From Camelus ferus (lineage: Eukaryota): DNA of 64,000 bases. Shown here in pieces: positions 37,900 to 51,250 of this stretch. The stretch is taken from contig NC_045698.1 in the NCBI RefSeq assembly GCF_009834535.1, positions 6,512,001 to 6,576,000 of the forward strand. The letters are read 5' to 3'. Position 1 is the stretch's first letter; every line of letters begins with the position of its first letter. The position numbers were made by a program, and so were the translations under genes. The notes under the pieces were generated by a model that ran no database searches, was not told where the DNA came from, and worked only from the letters and a program-made list of their open reading frames with translations.

Positions 37900-39760
37900 C
37901 TTAGACAGGACGAGACCCTTCCGTGCCTCAGCAGTCCTCTCCTGCTAGTACATTAATATCAGCCTCCTGCTTTCTGGGGTTCAGAGCCAAGTCTCTGTTT
38001 TCAGCTGTTAACACGCTGGGAAAGGAACATTTTCTTCACTGGGCTTCCAGGATATTATCACTGAGTGTCCACTCCCCATCTTATTTGCTGCCTCCTCTCT
38101 CCAAACACTGAATTACTCCAGGGTTCACTCACTGGACCTCTTCTCTTTTTTTATCTGTATTAGTTCCCCTACAGATTTCATCCAGTCTCATGGCTTTACA
38201 TGATATCTGTAAGCTAATAAAACCCAAATGTCTACTTCCAGCCAAGACTGCTCCCCAGAACCCCCCACTTGTATACGCAACTGACTACTTGACATTTCCA
38301 CTTGGATGCGAAAGAAGCATCTCATATTTAACATGTCCAAAATTGAGCTCCTGATATTCTTTCCAAGTGTGACTCTCTTCCAATCTCCCTCTTCTCAGTA
38401 AACAGCACTTCCACTCCAACCTACTGCTCAGGTCAAAAGCCTTGGAGTCACTCTTGCCTTTCTCTTTCTCTCACAGCACATATACAATCTGAAGGGAAAT
38501 ACTTTGGAATTGACTTCTAAATAAGCTATATCATGAATATAGCCACGGCTCCCTGGTGTCTGCTGCTAACACCCTCATCCAAGCCACCACCATCACCAGC
38601 CTAGATGACTCACCAGCACCCAAACTGCCCTCCCTGCCCTGCATCCACCTGCTCACCTGCAATTCAGTCTATCCTCAGCACAGCAGCCAGGGTGATCCTT
38701 TACATCCTGTTAGTTCCTCTACTACATCATTCATCTACTCAAAATCTTCCAATGGCTCCCTACCTCACTCAAAATCAAGGTCAAAATTCTTAAAGGCCCT
38801 ACAGGCCCTGGCCCCTATTAGCCTTCTGATCTCATCTCCATTACTCACCTCCAAGGATCCTTCCATTCTGGTCATCCTGGCCTCCCTGCTGTTACTCCAA
38901 CCTGCCAAGTGCACCCCCACCTCTGGGCCTTGCACACCTGCTCTTCCCTCCGCCTGGAACACTCTCTTCTCCCTTATCCACAGGGCTTGTCCCCTGACCT
39001 CCTTTAGGCCTTGACTCAATGCGTCATTCTGTAGAAGTCATGATCTAGTCAGGAAAACAGAAATCACCCTAGATAGCTCAAACAGGGGAAATTTAACATA
39101 GGGAACTGGGTGGGAAGGTCCTGGAAGAACAGAGTAAGCAAAAGGATGAGGGACAGGGCCTGGGAAGCCACGGGGAAGAATGCTTGACACACAGAGACCA
39201 GTAGCTGCTGACAGGTGGGGGTGGAGCCCAAGAGCCTGCTCCTGCTGCTGCGCCCTCCTCCGGCAGCTGCGATGCAAGCTATGATGGCCGGCTCCTCGGC
39301 TGGGGAATTAGAATCAACTCCGGCCTCAGCCACCCTACAGAGGCGTAAAGGTGATCCTCAGTATTCCTCCAGCCTCCTTGGCAGCTGCCGGTTCCTCCCA
39401 TTCACACAGCCTATGAGGACCCCACTGGTACGGGAGCCTGAAAATTTCACTGACTCCCTGACAGCGAAATATAAAAGGGGCAGGCATGGGGCTGGAGGCA
39501 ACAGGTAGGTACCCTGATGAAGATCGCAAGACCCCTCCCTGCCGTAACCCATTCCCTGCTTTATGTCTCTCCTCAGCCCTTAGCGTCGGGTACCCCGGTC
39601 CATATTCCATCCTCTTGTTATCACTGCTTGTCTCCCCTGATGGAATGTTAACTCAGCGCCGGCCGATGGCTCTCCTGTTTCACTTACTGGGTAACCTCAT
39701 GACCGAAACCCTTTCCAGCACATCAGAGGCACTCCATAAAGACTGGCTGACTTATTAATG
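37900..39760 (+). mobile_element. L2 3' region interrupted by an LTR
   Basis: 'cagtctcatggctttacatg', 'cttgacatttccacttggatg', 'ccttggagtcactcttg', 'ttccctccgcctggaacactct'; tail near 39710-39760. Confidence 0.8.
39030..39515 (-). mobile_element. MaLR-like (MLT1-type) LTR nested in L2
   Basis: 'tgtagaagtcatgatctagtcaggaaaacagaaatcaccctagatagctcaaacaggggaaatttaacatagggaactgg' resembles an MLT1 3' end in antisense. Confidence 0.5.
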
Positions 39761-42700
39761 AGCTGGACCTCTGCTTTTATCTTGAAACAAGCAGAAGCTG
39801 AAGCACTCTGTGTGCTGAGGCGAGGGCATCACATGGCACAAAAAATCGAAAATATAAACGAGAATGGCAGTCGTCCATCACTGCCCAAGAGCTACCGGGG
39901 ACACCCCGCCAGACAGCCGGCGTTCCCGGCGCTGGGGCCTGGCCTCGCTGGCTTTATTTAACAGGGTCTGGAGTCTCTCTAATACGCAGCCCCGAGGCAC
40001 TTTCAAGGTGGGAATGGCCAAATAGCATAACCGCGACTCAGTCATCTCGCAGATCGGAGGAAGAGACTCATTCTGGCTTGTTAGCGCACACAGTCACCGC
40101 GCTCTTGTCCATGACACGTGTGACACGTGTGATTAGGCCCTTGGAGGTCCACCTCTGAGTCACAGGAGGGGAACAGGAAAGAAAACGAGAAATTAAAGAA
40201 TCACTTCCCCTAAAAAAAGCTTCAGGAACATTAAAAGTTACAGTGCTGATTAAATTAGTACACAAACTACGGTTTAGAAACCTCAGTGGAGTGAGTCTTT
40301 TCTTTGTCATGTTGCTAACAGGGAAATTTCAGCCCTGCTGTGTGCTGGGCATAAGGCTCTGTCTCCTCCAATGTGACAATGGCTTTCCCTTGCCTTGGTA
40401 TTAGAGGACAAGAAGTCATATATCCAAGAAAAATACTGCTTAATTAAAAGTTTATTCACCCTGCATTTAATCTCCAACTCTTACTCATAAATAAAATAAG
40501 GATGGTAAGATTTTTATCTACCTGCATTATGAGAAACAAATGAATTGCCCATTTAATGCTTAGAAACACTATGATATGCTTGAAGACAAATGAAATATAT
40601 AATATACCATTTAAGGCCAAATGAAATGATTGTTTTAAATCAGAGTCCTGTCAATAACTTTACAAAAATCTTATCCCCAGTTTTAATGCAATCCCATTGA
40701 ACTACTCAACTAATAAAGTATTCCATTTGCACTCTTAAAATAATAAAAACTCCACTGAGACAAAGCAACCAAGAAATTGATCATCTCAAGATAAAATATA
40801 GATGTTGATTCTGACAAATTATTTCATTAGTGGCCCTAGAACACAAAAGTAATACAAAAGCTATTGACAATTCTCAAAATATTTTCGTTAGAACTTGCTC
40901 ATTGTTTATAAAATACATACAACAGGGACCCTCTCAGCTTTCATCAGTCAAAGATCAGTCACAACATAAAAGTACAACGTAGGTTTTTAAGCCAGTTCAC
41001 TCAGTGAATAACGCAGAGTGGTTTTACAGTGAAAGCATTTTTTTCTAACACTTTTATGCACTCGTGTATGATCTTATATGCCGGTATCATGGTGGTAAAA
41101 TTGGTGTGTTTTTTAATATTCCATTTTTTCAGATAGCAAATGAGCAACAGACTTTAAAATAAAAACTGTAGTACCAAGTGCGATTTGTAACGTGTAACAC
41201 AGGCAGTGTGCTCATACCTTAGTTGCTTCACTTGCAGATAGGTTCAGATATTTTGTGCATGTGGATTTTGAGATTACATTATACGAAAATTCAGTCATTT
41301 GCATAATAGAAGTCAAATTTTGATGGATCAAAGGACTTTTTAAGAATCCATAACACTTTTCCTCCCCAAGTAAACCCAAAGGAGGATAATTCATAATCTG
41401 TTATGAAACCAGAGAGTCACACTTAGTTAATGTCAATTTTAGTTTTTATAAAGAAAAGCATTGAGTTCAAGACAGTTTTTAACAGTAAGTGGTGCCTTGC
41501 TGTACTTTAATCAGATTCATATGAAAATATTAAAATGAATTTTATGCAATCTATTTTTAATTAAAATACATTTTCCTAATTCCTCCTTGGAGAAAGTAGG
41601 CCACTGTCATGCACTCATACACACTTATGATTCATAAAGGTCAAATGGCAGATCTGAGACTAGAAGAACAGGGAGAAATGCTGGAAGCAATTTTAATCAA
41701 GGTTTACGTGCTCAAAGACTCCGGAATCTCTAAAATCTGACAGGAACTCTAGAAATTATCTGCTACGGTCCCTGCTGTGGTGATGAGGGTCCTAGACTTA
41801 GAAGAGTTAAAACCCGGCCAGAGTCATGAGACCACATGGCTGTCTAGGGCGTTAGACACCAGAAAGCCAAAACCCGGAGAGAAAACAGAGCGCCATGGGG
41901 CTCGTACGGAGCAGTAGGATGTCCATGAGGACATAGGACCACGGGACACACTAGGACAGGGATGGAACCCTGGCACAGAAACGGCTTTTTTGTCTCCCAT
42001 CTAGTGTCCCTCTGTTTTTTCCTAAAAGGTTACAGTCCACTGTGCCTTGGAGGGTAACTGAGGCTCCAATCTCTGGCCCCAGAGGGAGCAGGTGGAGAGC
42101 CAAGCAACGCCAGTGGTCCCAGGGATTTGAGCAAGATGAGGGCATCGTGGTTAGAGACAGGACCACGGGCAGGATGGTAGTTCACAGGGCAGGTGGAAAT
42201 GTGCACCTGCCACCCTACAGATGGTGGAGGACCCGCCTCTCAGAGGTGGGCGGGGCCGGGCTCCCAGTCAATAACACGAAGATGAGCCAACACAAAGTTA
42301 CAAAGCATGCCACATGTTCTTACTGTCAACATTTAACAAAGTAAACCTTTAACACGAAGACAATGGAAAATAATTATACTATTCAAAAGAAAAATACAGG
42401 AGCTATGAAAAATAATCACTCACACTGTGGAATGTGGATAGAACCTGAGTTTAAAATCCCTTTCAGTCATGGTTCTTTCAATCACCCAAGACTACCTGCG
42501 GGGACAAAGGCAGGTGTTTGAACTCAAGGGCTCCATGGCACGGCCCAGTCCAGCTCTGTGGTGGCCTGAGGTGGAACAGCCATTTCAGTTCCCTCTAATG
42601 CTCTTCCCAAGACCTGTGGCCACATGTGGCTAATCCAGGGTCAAGGACAGCTCTTCTTAAGTCTCCAAACAATCCTCAGACCAATCAACAAATCCAGAAG

Positions 42701-44219
42701 GAGGGAGACGCTCAGTGAGAGCGTCAAGGAGTTGGAGATAAAGATCCCAGGAACCTGAGAGTAGAATTAGCAGCACCCGGCTGGATTCTGCAGCAGAAGA
42801 AAAGCCTCCGAATTAGTCATGATATTAAGGCTGCGAGGCAAAGCGAGCCTGCGTAGGGCATGACTCACTCCAACACTGGTCCTTCTCTGTGCATGATGCG
42901 ACATGGCTCCTGTTCCTATAACTGGAGCACGTGCTCCAAACAGCAAGTGAGCTGGGTCAACTTTAATCAATAAACAAACAAAAGCAGAATACGACGCGAT
43001 TGCCTTAAGTGGATATTAAATGTTTAAAACTCATTTCAGAGACGGTTATGAGACTCAGTAAGTGTTCTGAGAAACATGCTGTCTCGCAGGGACACTATTT
43101 TTTCCCTCTTTATTGGAGCAGACATTCAGGCAGACGACAAGGACAAGCGTGAAGGGTGCATCTGTACCGGGTCGGAGTGTTCTAGCAGCTACTGCTCAGC
43201 CAGGGATAAATATTCCAGAGCGTGCCGTCCAGGGAGTAACCCTGCTAACACAGCAGGCAGTTAGAGCCTGCCGAGCGATGAACTCCACCAGACAAGAGGA
43301 GCCCGAAGTAGCAAATATTTCACTGAGGCTGGAGAAAGATCCCGCCAGCCTCTCCTGCCTAGCCAGGTAAGCCGAATCGAGACCAAGAAAGTGTGCTGCG
43401 TTGTATTAAGACGTTACTGTAGCATCTGCTTCACTTCTTTACTAGCCTCTTGTGAAGAGAGCCTCCAACCTGTAACACTGAATCATGTAATTTTAAATGT
43501 ACCTGGAAATCCAGATTTTAAATGGCAAGATTATCCAGCCTTTCCTTTATTCCTCTCTTATCGCTGTTTCATCATACTTCCTCAGACTTTCTTGTAGAGA
43601 CTACAGAAACGTGTTCACCTAGCACTGTGGCCACCTGCTCAGCTGTAACGCGAGCCGTTTCAAGGGCTGACTGGGCTCCGAATATCCACAGGGAGTCTTT
43701 TGTGTACATTTTTGATCAACAGTCTTATCCCTTCTTAAAAGAAGTACTTCCTTCCTAAAGCCCCGTGCTCTTGGCCCACGGCCTGCCTCCTCCTTCTCAG
43801 CCAAGACGGACGTTCTCAGGAGCCCCCTCCCCTTCCAGCCACCCCCTCCCTCTCACTGTCCCGCATCCTGGGTGCCTGGCCTCCCCCAGTCTGGGCTCAC
43901 TGGAGGTGGGCTCTGCTTCCTGTCAGCTAATCCCTCACCTGTGCCCGGTATCCTGTCCCCTCCTACAGCCCGGGGGACTTTGCCCAGTTTATCATCTCCC
44001 CTTCTCTCCTCTCTCTTCAGCCTCATCCTTCACCATTTCCATTTAAGGATGACTAAGTAATGCTCCCTTAAAAGCCATCCCCTGTCCTCGTGTGCCTGCC
44101 AACTGAGACAATAATTCTATTTTTATATCTATTTCTTCACCTCTCATCTCTCCCTCCACTCATCACCACCCAGTTTCTTCCCTCGGCACTGCTCTCAAAC
44201 TACTCTGATCAATGCCTCT

Positions 44220-44669
44220 TGCTATGAATTGAAGTCCCCCACAAAAGATACACTGAAGTCCAAATCCCATGTACCTGTGATTGTGACCATACCTGGAAAC
44301 AGACCTTGACATAATTGAGTAAGATGAGGTCTTGCTGGGTTAGGGTGGCCCTAAATCCAGTACGACTTGTGTCCTTACAAAAAGAAGAGAAGACAAAAAC
44401 AGAGGCCCAGAGAGAATGCCACGTGACTATAGACTCAGAGGGTGGGGATACGTCTACAAGCCAAGGGAGGCCAAGGATGGATGACAGCCACCAGAAGCTA
44501 AGAAGAGGCGAAGAAAGACTCTTCCCTGGAGCCTTTGGAGAGAGAATGGCCCCGCTGCCACCTTGATTCTGTACTTCCAGCCTCCAGAGCTGCCAGAGAA
44601 GATATCTTTGTTGTTTTAAGTCACCTGGTTTGTGGTATTTCATTACAGCAACACTGGGAAACTAACACA
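44220..44669 (+). mobile_element. MaLR solo LTR (MLT1C-like)
   Basis: TG...CA termini; 'agatgaggtc...gggttagggtggccctaaatcca', 'gccaccagaagctaagaagagg', 'cttccagcctccagagctg', 'aaactaacaca'. Confidence 0.85.
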
Positions 44670-44829
44670 TCATTGATGATAGAATTTCTGAGAGGGCGAC
44701 CATCTGTCCCAGTTCCCCCAGAACATAGGACTTTCAGTGCTGCACCCCAAAAAAGTCCTGGGAAAATCAAGATGAGTTTGTCACTCTACCTCTGGCCCAC
44801 ATCTGCCTTGAACTTGCAGCATCATCAGA

Positions 44830-45725
44830 TACTCTGACAGCCACCTCCTTCTTGAAAAGCTCTCCAGTGATACCTTGCTCTCAACTAGTAAATTCCATCG
44901 GTGGCAGGTAGGACCTCAGCTGCCTCAATCTGAAGTCATCATTTCAGACTGTCCTCCTTTATCCCATCTGGAATCAACAGCCAAGAACTTAGGGATCACA
45001 CTCTGTGCCTCCTGCTCCCTCCTGTCTCACATCCTTTAAGCCATCAACAGCACCCTCTTCAAATTTCCATAATCCACTGAATTCTTGACATTGCTGCTAC
45101 CACTCCCACAGCTCAGTCCCTCACTATGGCTGGCAGGCTGCCTTTGGTCACAGCAGCAGCCCCGGAGTGGGGTCTTCCAGCCTCCATCTCGCCATCCTCC
45201 ATGCAGACAGAGGGGGACATCTAGAGACGCCTTCGGATGCTGTGCAGTATTGAGTCCCGACTGTCTCAACTCCCTCTGCCTCCTCTCCACAACTAAAACT
45301 GAGAATCCATGACTTAGGTACTTGCCACTTGCCAGAACCTGTTGGGCTCCCTCCCTCACTTCAGGGCTTAGGCATTGCTGGCCTCCTCTCCCTGGACACC
45401 ACTCCCTTCATGAGATTCATAAACACCGTGTAACCGTCATCTGGGATTCAGCTCTGGCATGGCCTCCTCCTGGAAACCTTCCTTCACCACGCCTCTACTC
45501 CCAGCCTGTCTGGTTGGTTCGGACACCCCATCCCTGGGCTCCCACAGCACCTGGCAGAGACACCCGTTAGGACCCTTAAAAGAATGTAAACCAATGGTCC
45601 TTTTGGCTTATATTCCTAATGATATTCTAAACCCTTAACAGGAACAGTGTTTCTTGCTTCTGTCTCCTCAGTATTTAGCACAGACCCCAGTACATAATAG
45701 ACACCTGTTAAAGGGGTGTTGAATG
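44830..45725 (+). mobile_element. L2 3' region
   Basis: Ends 'ctgtctcctcagtatttagcacagaccccagtacataatagacacctg...tgttgaatg'. Confidence 0.55.
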
Positions 45726-46189
45726 TTCACTCCAAATTTTAAAAATACAAATTAAGAGGATGCTGAAATGCCATTTATGAACGACAGGATTGTCCCGGAT
45801 CCCAGAGCCTAACAGAGTACTCTGCTGGGAAGGCCAGTGGGAAACAGACACTCACACCCAGGGCAAAGAGAATGCAGACAGGGGCAACCTTCACGAAAAG
45901 GAGATGCGCACTTTCCAGCAAAACCACAACTGCATTAACTTTGTGACTCAGCAACCCCAATTCCAGGGACCCCCCCCCCCAACCTGGTCACAAACAAGAG
46001 AGAATAATGCAAACATCTCCCAGGGAGATGGGAGCGCTGAGCAGACTGCAGTTCATCACACAGAGGAGAGCTCTGTGGCTACAGAGTGAAGTGACAGAAA
46101 GCCACACTACAGGGGAGTGGGCTCCAGGACACACCAGAATGTCAAAAAATGCTCGCTAGAGAACAGTTTGGATCTACGCCACTTTTTAA

Positions 46190-48070
46190 GAAATGAGGGT
46201 AGGACTGCATTTACATATGTGTGTGTGTGTGGAGCTTTGATTACATTAAAAAGAAGCATAAACCATAAAATGTAAGTAAAGGGTGAGCAAAAGGCACAGA
46301 GAGGGAACACGGTGAAGAAATTAGGCAGTAAAGCTCGTTTTTCTGAACACCTGTTGTTTTATTAACTTGAATTTAAACACTATAAAATAATGCGATGTAA
46401 ATTTTGAAAATCAAACGCAAAATTAAACGAATGAAATTAACTGGACTTTGAGTTGGTGGCACCATCACACAGAAAGGAAATTATTTCAAGTGATTTCGAA
46501 GCAGTAAATTTGCTTCAACTTCCCAGCGAAATTTATACCCTGAGGACTAAAAGAAGGACCGTCATCTTAAAAGGATTTTCTGTAGTCAAAAATGACTAGA
46601 GATGCAGAAAACTGTTATTCTGAGACAGCTGAGGGTGTATGGCAGGAAAAGGCAAAAGGAATAATTATGCTGGCCTGCAGAGACAGGATTCTGTGCACAG
46701 GAGAAAAAGATAGAGGCACAAAATGGAAGAGGTCCAGAAAAACCAGAGCATCCCGGAGATGAACTGGAAATAACCAGAGCAACTTATGGTGCATTTTAAA
46801 GAACGTTTTCCTTAGTTCTGTACACTGAACAGACCTCACGTTGAGCAGCTCCGTGCTCAAATCAGACAAAAATGGCTAATTCTCAGGTCTACCAAAGGAA
46901 TTGAAGAGGAGTCAAGAACATCTTGTTATCCCAGAGGATTAATCAAGCCATCAAAGGCCACTGGGTTGTGTCAAAAGAATTCAGGACCCAACCTCAAGAG
47001 GCTCCCCTAAGTTTGAAGTGTGATGATTTCACCATTTATAAGAATAAAAGCTGTAATTGATTGAAATATACCAAATATTGAAATTTGTGTATTAAAAATA
47101 TTTCTAATAATCAACATTTTTAAAAAAGCAAACATAACATCTTATTTGTCCTCTTTGTATAATGCTAGAGAACCAACTAACTGGGCTCTGGGAAAAAACA
47201 GTAAAGGGAAGGAAAAATAAAAACATTCACTCTGCCTTTCCTATGTGAGTTGCACCCTTAGGATATTCAAATAGTTGATGAGGGAAAGTTGCTTTATGGG
47301 TAAATATTTTAGCCACTAAATGAAGAAAGAATAGCAAAATTTAAAACTCCCAGTTTTGCACCCATGAATGAATCAGTAGACTGAGGCCATGATCTTCTAT
47401 GACCGATAATTTCACATCCCAGTGAAGGTCACAGCAGAGACAGAAAGATTCACACCCTCATCTAAGTGGCCTCTCAGTCACTAATTTACAGCAATATTCG
47501 GGACAGAAGAACATCTGAATGACACTAATGGGATGCACTTGGCAAAATCCAGACTGTGGGAAACTCTACAGAACAAAGAACTCGAGTTTGTTTAAAAATT
47601 AATTTGCAAGGGAAGTACCCCCACCACCAGCACCACCAACAAAACACAGTGAAAGATTCAGAGACTCAAGAGCTAAACCAACCAACTGCCATGTATGGAC
47701 TTCACCCAGTTCCTGACTCAATCTAACTGCTAGCTGAAAAACGCACAAGCCTTCTTGAGACCACCAGGGACCTCACGGCACTCATTGACGTTTGCCAATT
47801 TTATGGAATTGGTTTCTGTTTGGGTTTTCGACTGGTGTGATAATGTCAGTATGAATTCTTTATCTTTGATAGTCAAGAACTGAAATATTATAATAACATT
47901 ATAGGATTTCTTGAATTTGCTTCTAAATGGTGAGTGTAGGTGGAGCATGGGTAGAGATTTAAAAGAAAAAAGACGAGTCATGAATTAATAAATGCTGGGA
48001 CTGGGTGTTCCTTTGGACTATTCTATTTTTGTAGATATTTTAAATTTTTTGTGATACAACAGTTACAAAA
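46190..48070 (+). mobile_element. Old L1 3'UTR (L1MC-like)
   Basis: 'gcaaaatccagactgtgggaaactctacagaacaaa', 'caactgccatgtatggacttc', 'gactattctatttttgtagatattttaaattttt'. Confidence 0.65.
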
Positions 48071-48740
48071 TAACAAACCACAAAACTACTTATTGGATGA
48101 ATTATTAAAATACAATGTCTGATGAATTATACCAGCTTCATACTGTAACTGTAAGTTCCTTGCAGGCAGAGACAAAGGCTAACCTACTCTTCATCCCGAA
48201 TGCTTAGAGTGCCCAGGGTGTAAGGAACCCTAAATAAGTTTTGATGAATTAAAGAGTAGAAGAATGTATATACATGCTAATTAATTAATCCTACAGACCT
48301 GTGGCGATACTTGAGACAGTAAACCAATTCTGCCTGCCATGCGATGCCAGATAAAAAGCACACAATTTGTGGTAAGACTAAGGCTTTGTTGGGAAATGCT
48401 AAAGTGAAGAAATTTTTGCTTTACTTGGTTTTGTTGTTATTTCCGTGGGCCACATTTTTCTCCCCTGGTTCAAATGCCTAGGAGGCTGACAGCACCGGTT
48501 AACTAAAGGTGACCCCAAAGATGCGATTTTCTACCCATGATAACTCTGGGCTTGAATTCTTCTTGAGACGGTGATCGGTTTCAGAATATGAAATTCTTGT
48601 GACAGGGAATTTGGTATTTTTGCTCTTATTGGAAACAATGTCTAAAACAGAGTGACAGGACCATCGAGTGATAACCACCGCGACCCTCCATCACTGAGCA
48701 GGGACTGTGCATTTCAGCGGCACCCTTGCTTGCCCCTCAC

Positions 48741-48861
48741 CTTTGTAGGAGATGACCGGATGCTCTGCTCTCTGGCACCGGGATGCGTCTGTCTCTGGCT
48801 GGGCGAGTCTCCACCACCCCAGGCTGGAGAACAGCCAAGCAATGACGCAGGGTCCCTTCAT
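48741..48861 (-). CDS. SEMA5A: Semaphorin-5A, first coding exon (coding part, 121 nt: signal peptide and N-terminus)
   Basis: Translates MKGPCVIAWLFSSLGWWRLAQPETDASRCQRAEHPVISYK+G, matching the remembered SEMA5A N-terminus. Start context GCCCACCATG; donor AAG|GTGAGG at 48741/48740. Phase 1 joins the exon at 4654-4753 to make a GAA (Glu) codon. Confidence 0.97.
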
Positions 48862-48937
48862 GGTGGGCAGGAGGCCTTGGACTCTGGGCACTTGTCTTTA
48901 GCCAGAAGCTCGTCGTCCCGTCATGTGGGGAAAGTGC
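48862..48937 (-). other. SEMA5A: 5'UTR portion of the SEMA5A first coding exon
   Basis: Minus-strand acceptor TTCTCTGTTGTGTGTTTTAG|GCACTT with AG at 48939-48938, 76 nt upstream of the ATG. Confidence 0.8.
48898..48924 (-). promoter_or_regulatory. Upstream ORF (MTGRRASG*) in the SEMA5A 5'UTR
   Basis: ATG ACG GGA CGA CGA GCT TCT GGC TAA inside the exon; stop lies 36 nt before the main ATG. Confidence 0.6.
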
Positions 48938-49519
48938 CTAAAACACACAACAGAGAACCAGTGAATGGACATGAGTTCAGGTTTTCTGGTGGGTGGTCTT
49001 TTGGTAAAGCCCCATCACTCCCTTTAAAAAAAAAAAAAAAAAAGAGAGAGAGAGCCTTGGAGTGCTTGGACCACCACAGCTTTATCTAGGAGATACTTCA
49101 GAACTATGTGGGAACATGCATACATCTCAATCCACACCTCTTATTCTCCCAGCAACTTTATGAGACGACCCACTGATCATACAAGGAGGGATGTTCAAGA
49201 GGAAACCCTGTGGAGCTGTCGTCGTCATCGCCCCCTAAGGAATGCAGTTTAGAGCTGTGCTCATTGATTGGTTTTCCCTTGGATCTTCATTCTCACCCCC
49301 TCCTGCAAACACAGATCTGTATGTGGAAGCCCTAAGAATGCCACCGTTCCCTTTTCAAAACACAAAAGCCCCTAATACATAAGGCCATGACCATTGTTTT
49401 TCACTCTTCACCTGATTAATATCATGCTATCCAACTCTTAAAAATCATCCCAGTGGGTGAATTCATCCTTTGAAATCTCCAGATGACCTGCCTGCCAAGT
49501 TTCTGGCTAGAGGTCAAGT

Positions 49520-51250
49520 GTGAATCAAATAAAATCTATATTGAGCACCTACTGGGTGAGATGAAATTACTATGCTGGGAGCTGTGAGACTTTAAAGATT
49601 ATGAATAATTTAAACGATTAATAAGCTTTAAAACAAGATGGGGATATAAAAACAACTGGAACCCAAGCTGTCAGAAAAAAGTAACAAGAAGCAGGAGTGC
49701 TGGGGAGTCAAGAGGGGAGTCCCGCTGCTACGTAGAGATCGAGGGTGTGTCCAAGGAGGAGTTGATGTGTGCGTTTAATAGTGGAGGGCAAAGAGGATTT
49801 CGACAGATGGAGATTTCTGGAAGGAATCCAGAAAAGGCTGAAAAGACACACTGGAGGGGCAAGAAGAAGGAGTAAGCAACACGTGTTGAGAATAGTTTAC
49901 TGTACTTGACCCAAACCCCAGGAAACAAAGGGGAGTGAGTCATGAGAAGCAGCTTAGAGAGGAGGCTGGGTTAAGATTTGGACGGTGGACGATACCAAGG
50001 TCTGAGGTCCCTATTTTTAGGCAACAAGCTGCCGTAGTATATGAACATCAGAAGAAATATTAATAAGATTGTTCTCACAATAGCGTATGTAGGAAATTGG
50101 GTAGAGGAGAACACAGAGGTGGAGAAGTTAATTTGAAGCTACAGCAATTGTTCAGACGAGAAATAAATGCAGGTGTGACTTTAGGTGGTGGCAATGTGAC
50201 AGAAATTGAGGCAAACCCAGCAAACAGTCATTGTGATGGACAAAGGACGTGTGGAAAACTAAAGATGTCCACAGCGTCTTCAACTTCCCTCCCTCTGAAA
50301 GCTGGGTCTGTGCCCCCTCTCCGGAATCTGGGTTTGACCCTATGACTGCTTTGCTCCTTTGAATACGATGGAAGTGATGGCACCCTGGCTTCCAAGCCCA
50401 CTCTCTAAGAGGCTGGCAGTTTTGACTTCCTGTCTCTTAGAACACATACTCCGGGGCATAGAGACACCAAGTCAGAAGTCCAATGCCCCTGAAATTGGCA
50501 TGCTAGAGAGGCCACATATAGGTACTCCTAGTGACCTTTCCTACCAAGCCCAGCTTCCCAGCCATTCCCACCAAGGACCCTGATACATGAGGAAAGCTGA
50601 AACCCACTGAGTGACTTCAGTATCACAAAAGCAAGGGAATCAACTACTAGAGCCCTGCCCAAATTCCTAATCCTCAGTGTGTGAAATCTAACAAACAGTT
50701 GTTGCTCTAATCTGTTAAATTCGGGGGAAGAGAAAGCAAAGAGGCACAGATGGTCTCAAGATAAAGAATATAAAGTGTCTTCGGGGATAGTAACACCATT
50801 GTTTAAAATATGATAATCAACAGAAGAAATTTTAGAGAAGAAGATGATCATTCGGTCTTGTTCATGTGGGGCTTAAGATGCTGAGCTATTAAGGAAATGC
50901 AGCAGATTGTGGGAAATCCAGGATGGATGCTCAGAAAAAAAAGAGAATTCATAGAAAGCATATAATATTTGCAATGGTTAAAATTATGGGTGCTTGAGAT
51001 CCACTGGGGGAAAGAAAGCATCAGAGAAGTAAAAAAAGAGATAGAGAGAACAGATTATTTAGAAGTTGTTAAAGAGAAGTAACCACACGAAGATGACAGA
51101 AAAGAACAGAGAGAGAAAAATATAGCACCATGGGGACCAAGTTAACCAGGATAGAAATAACACATTTTAAACAGAGGGCTGGTCAACCATATCCTGATGA
51201 GGAAGAGTGAAGACCAACAGGCAGTCAATGGTCAACTTGAGGGGTCAGTT
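49520..51250 (-). mobile_element. Degenerate L2 interrupted by an LTR
   Basis: Begins 'atctatattgagcacctactgggtg...tatgctgggagctg' (L2 tail in antisense); purine-rich interior. Confidence 0.55.
50232..50725 (+). mobile_element. MaLR LTR (MLT1G/H-like)
   Basis: 'gactgctttg...gatggaagtgatg...aagaggctggcagttttgacttcctgtctcttagaacac', 'gagccctgcccaaattcct'. Confidence 0.7.

Larger units (their letters stand above)
4754..48740 (-). other. SEMA5A: SEMA5A intron (43,987 nt) between first and second coding exons
   Basis: GT...AG boundaries; the protein sequence is contiguous across the junction. Confidence 0.93.

Noticed and set aside
38556..39014. 152-aa ORF
   Set aside because: Lies in a decayed L2; no splice or homology support for a host gene
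44209..44643. 144-aa minus-strand ORF
   Set aside because: Coincides with an MLT1 solo LTR
48862..48891. N-terminal extension from the GTG start used by the ORF track (MPRVQGLLPT)
   Set aside because: Near-cognate codon in weak context; the ATG at 48861 has a good context and matches the known start
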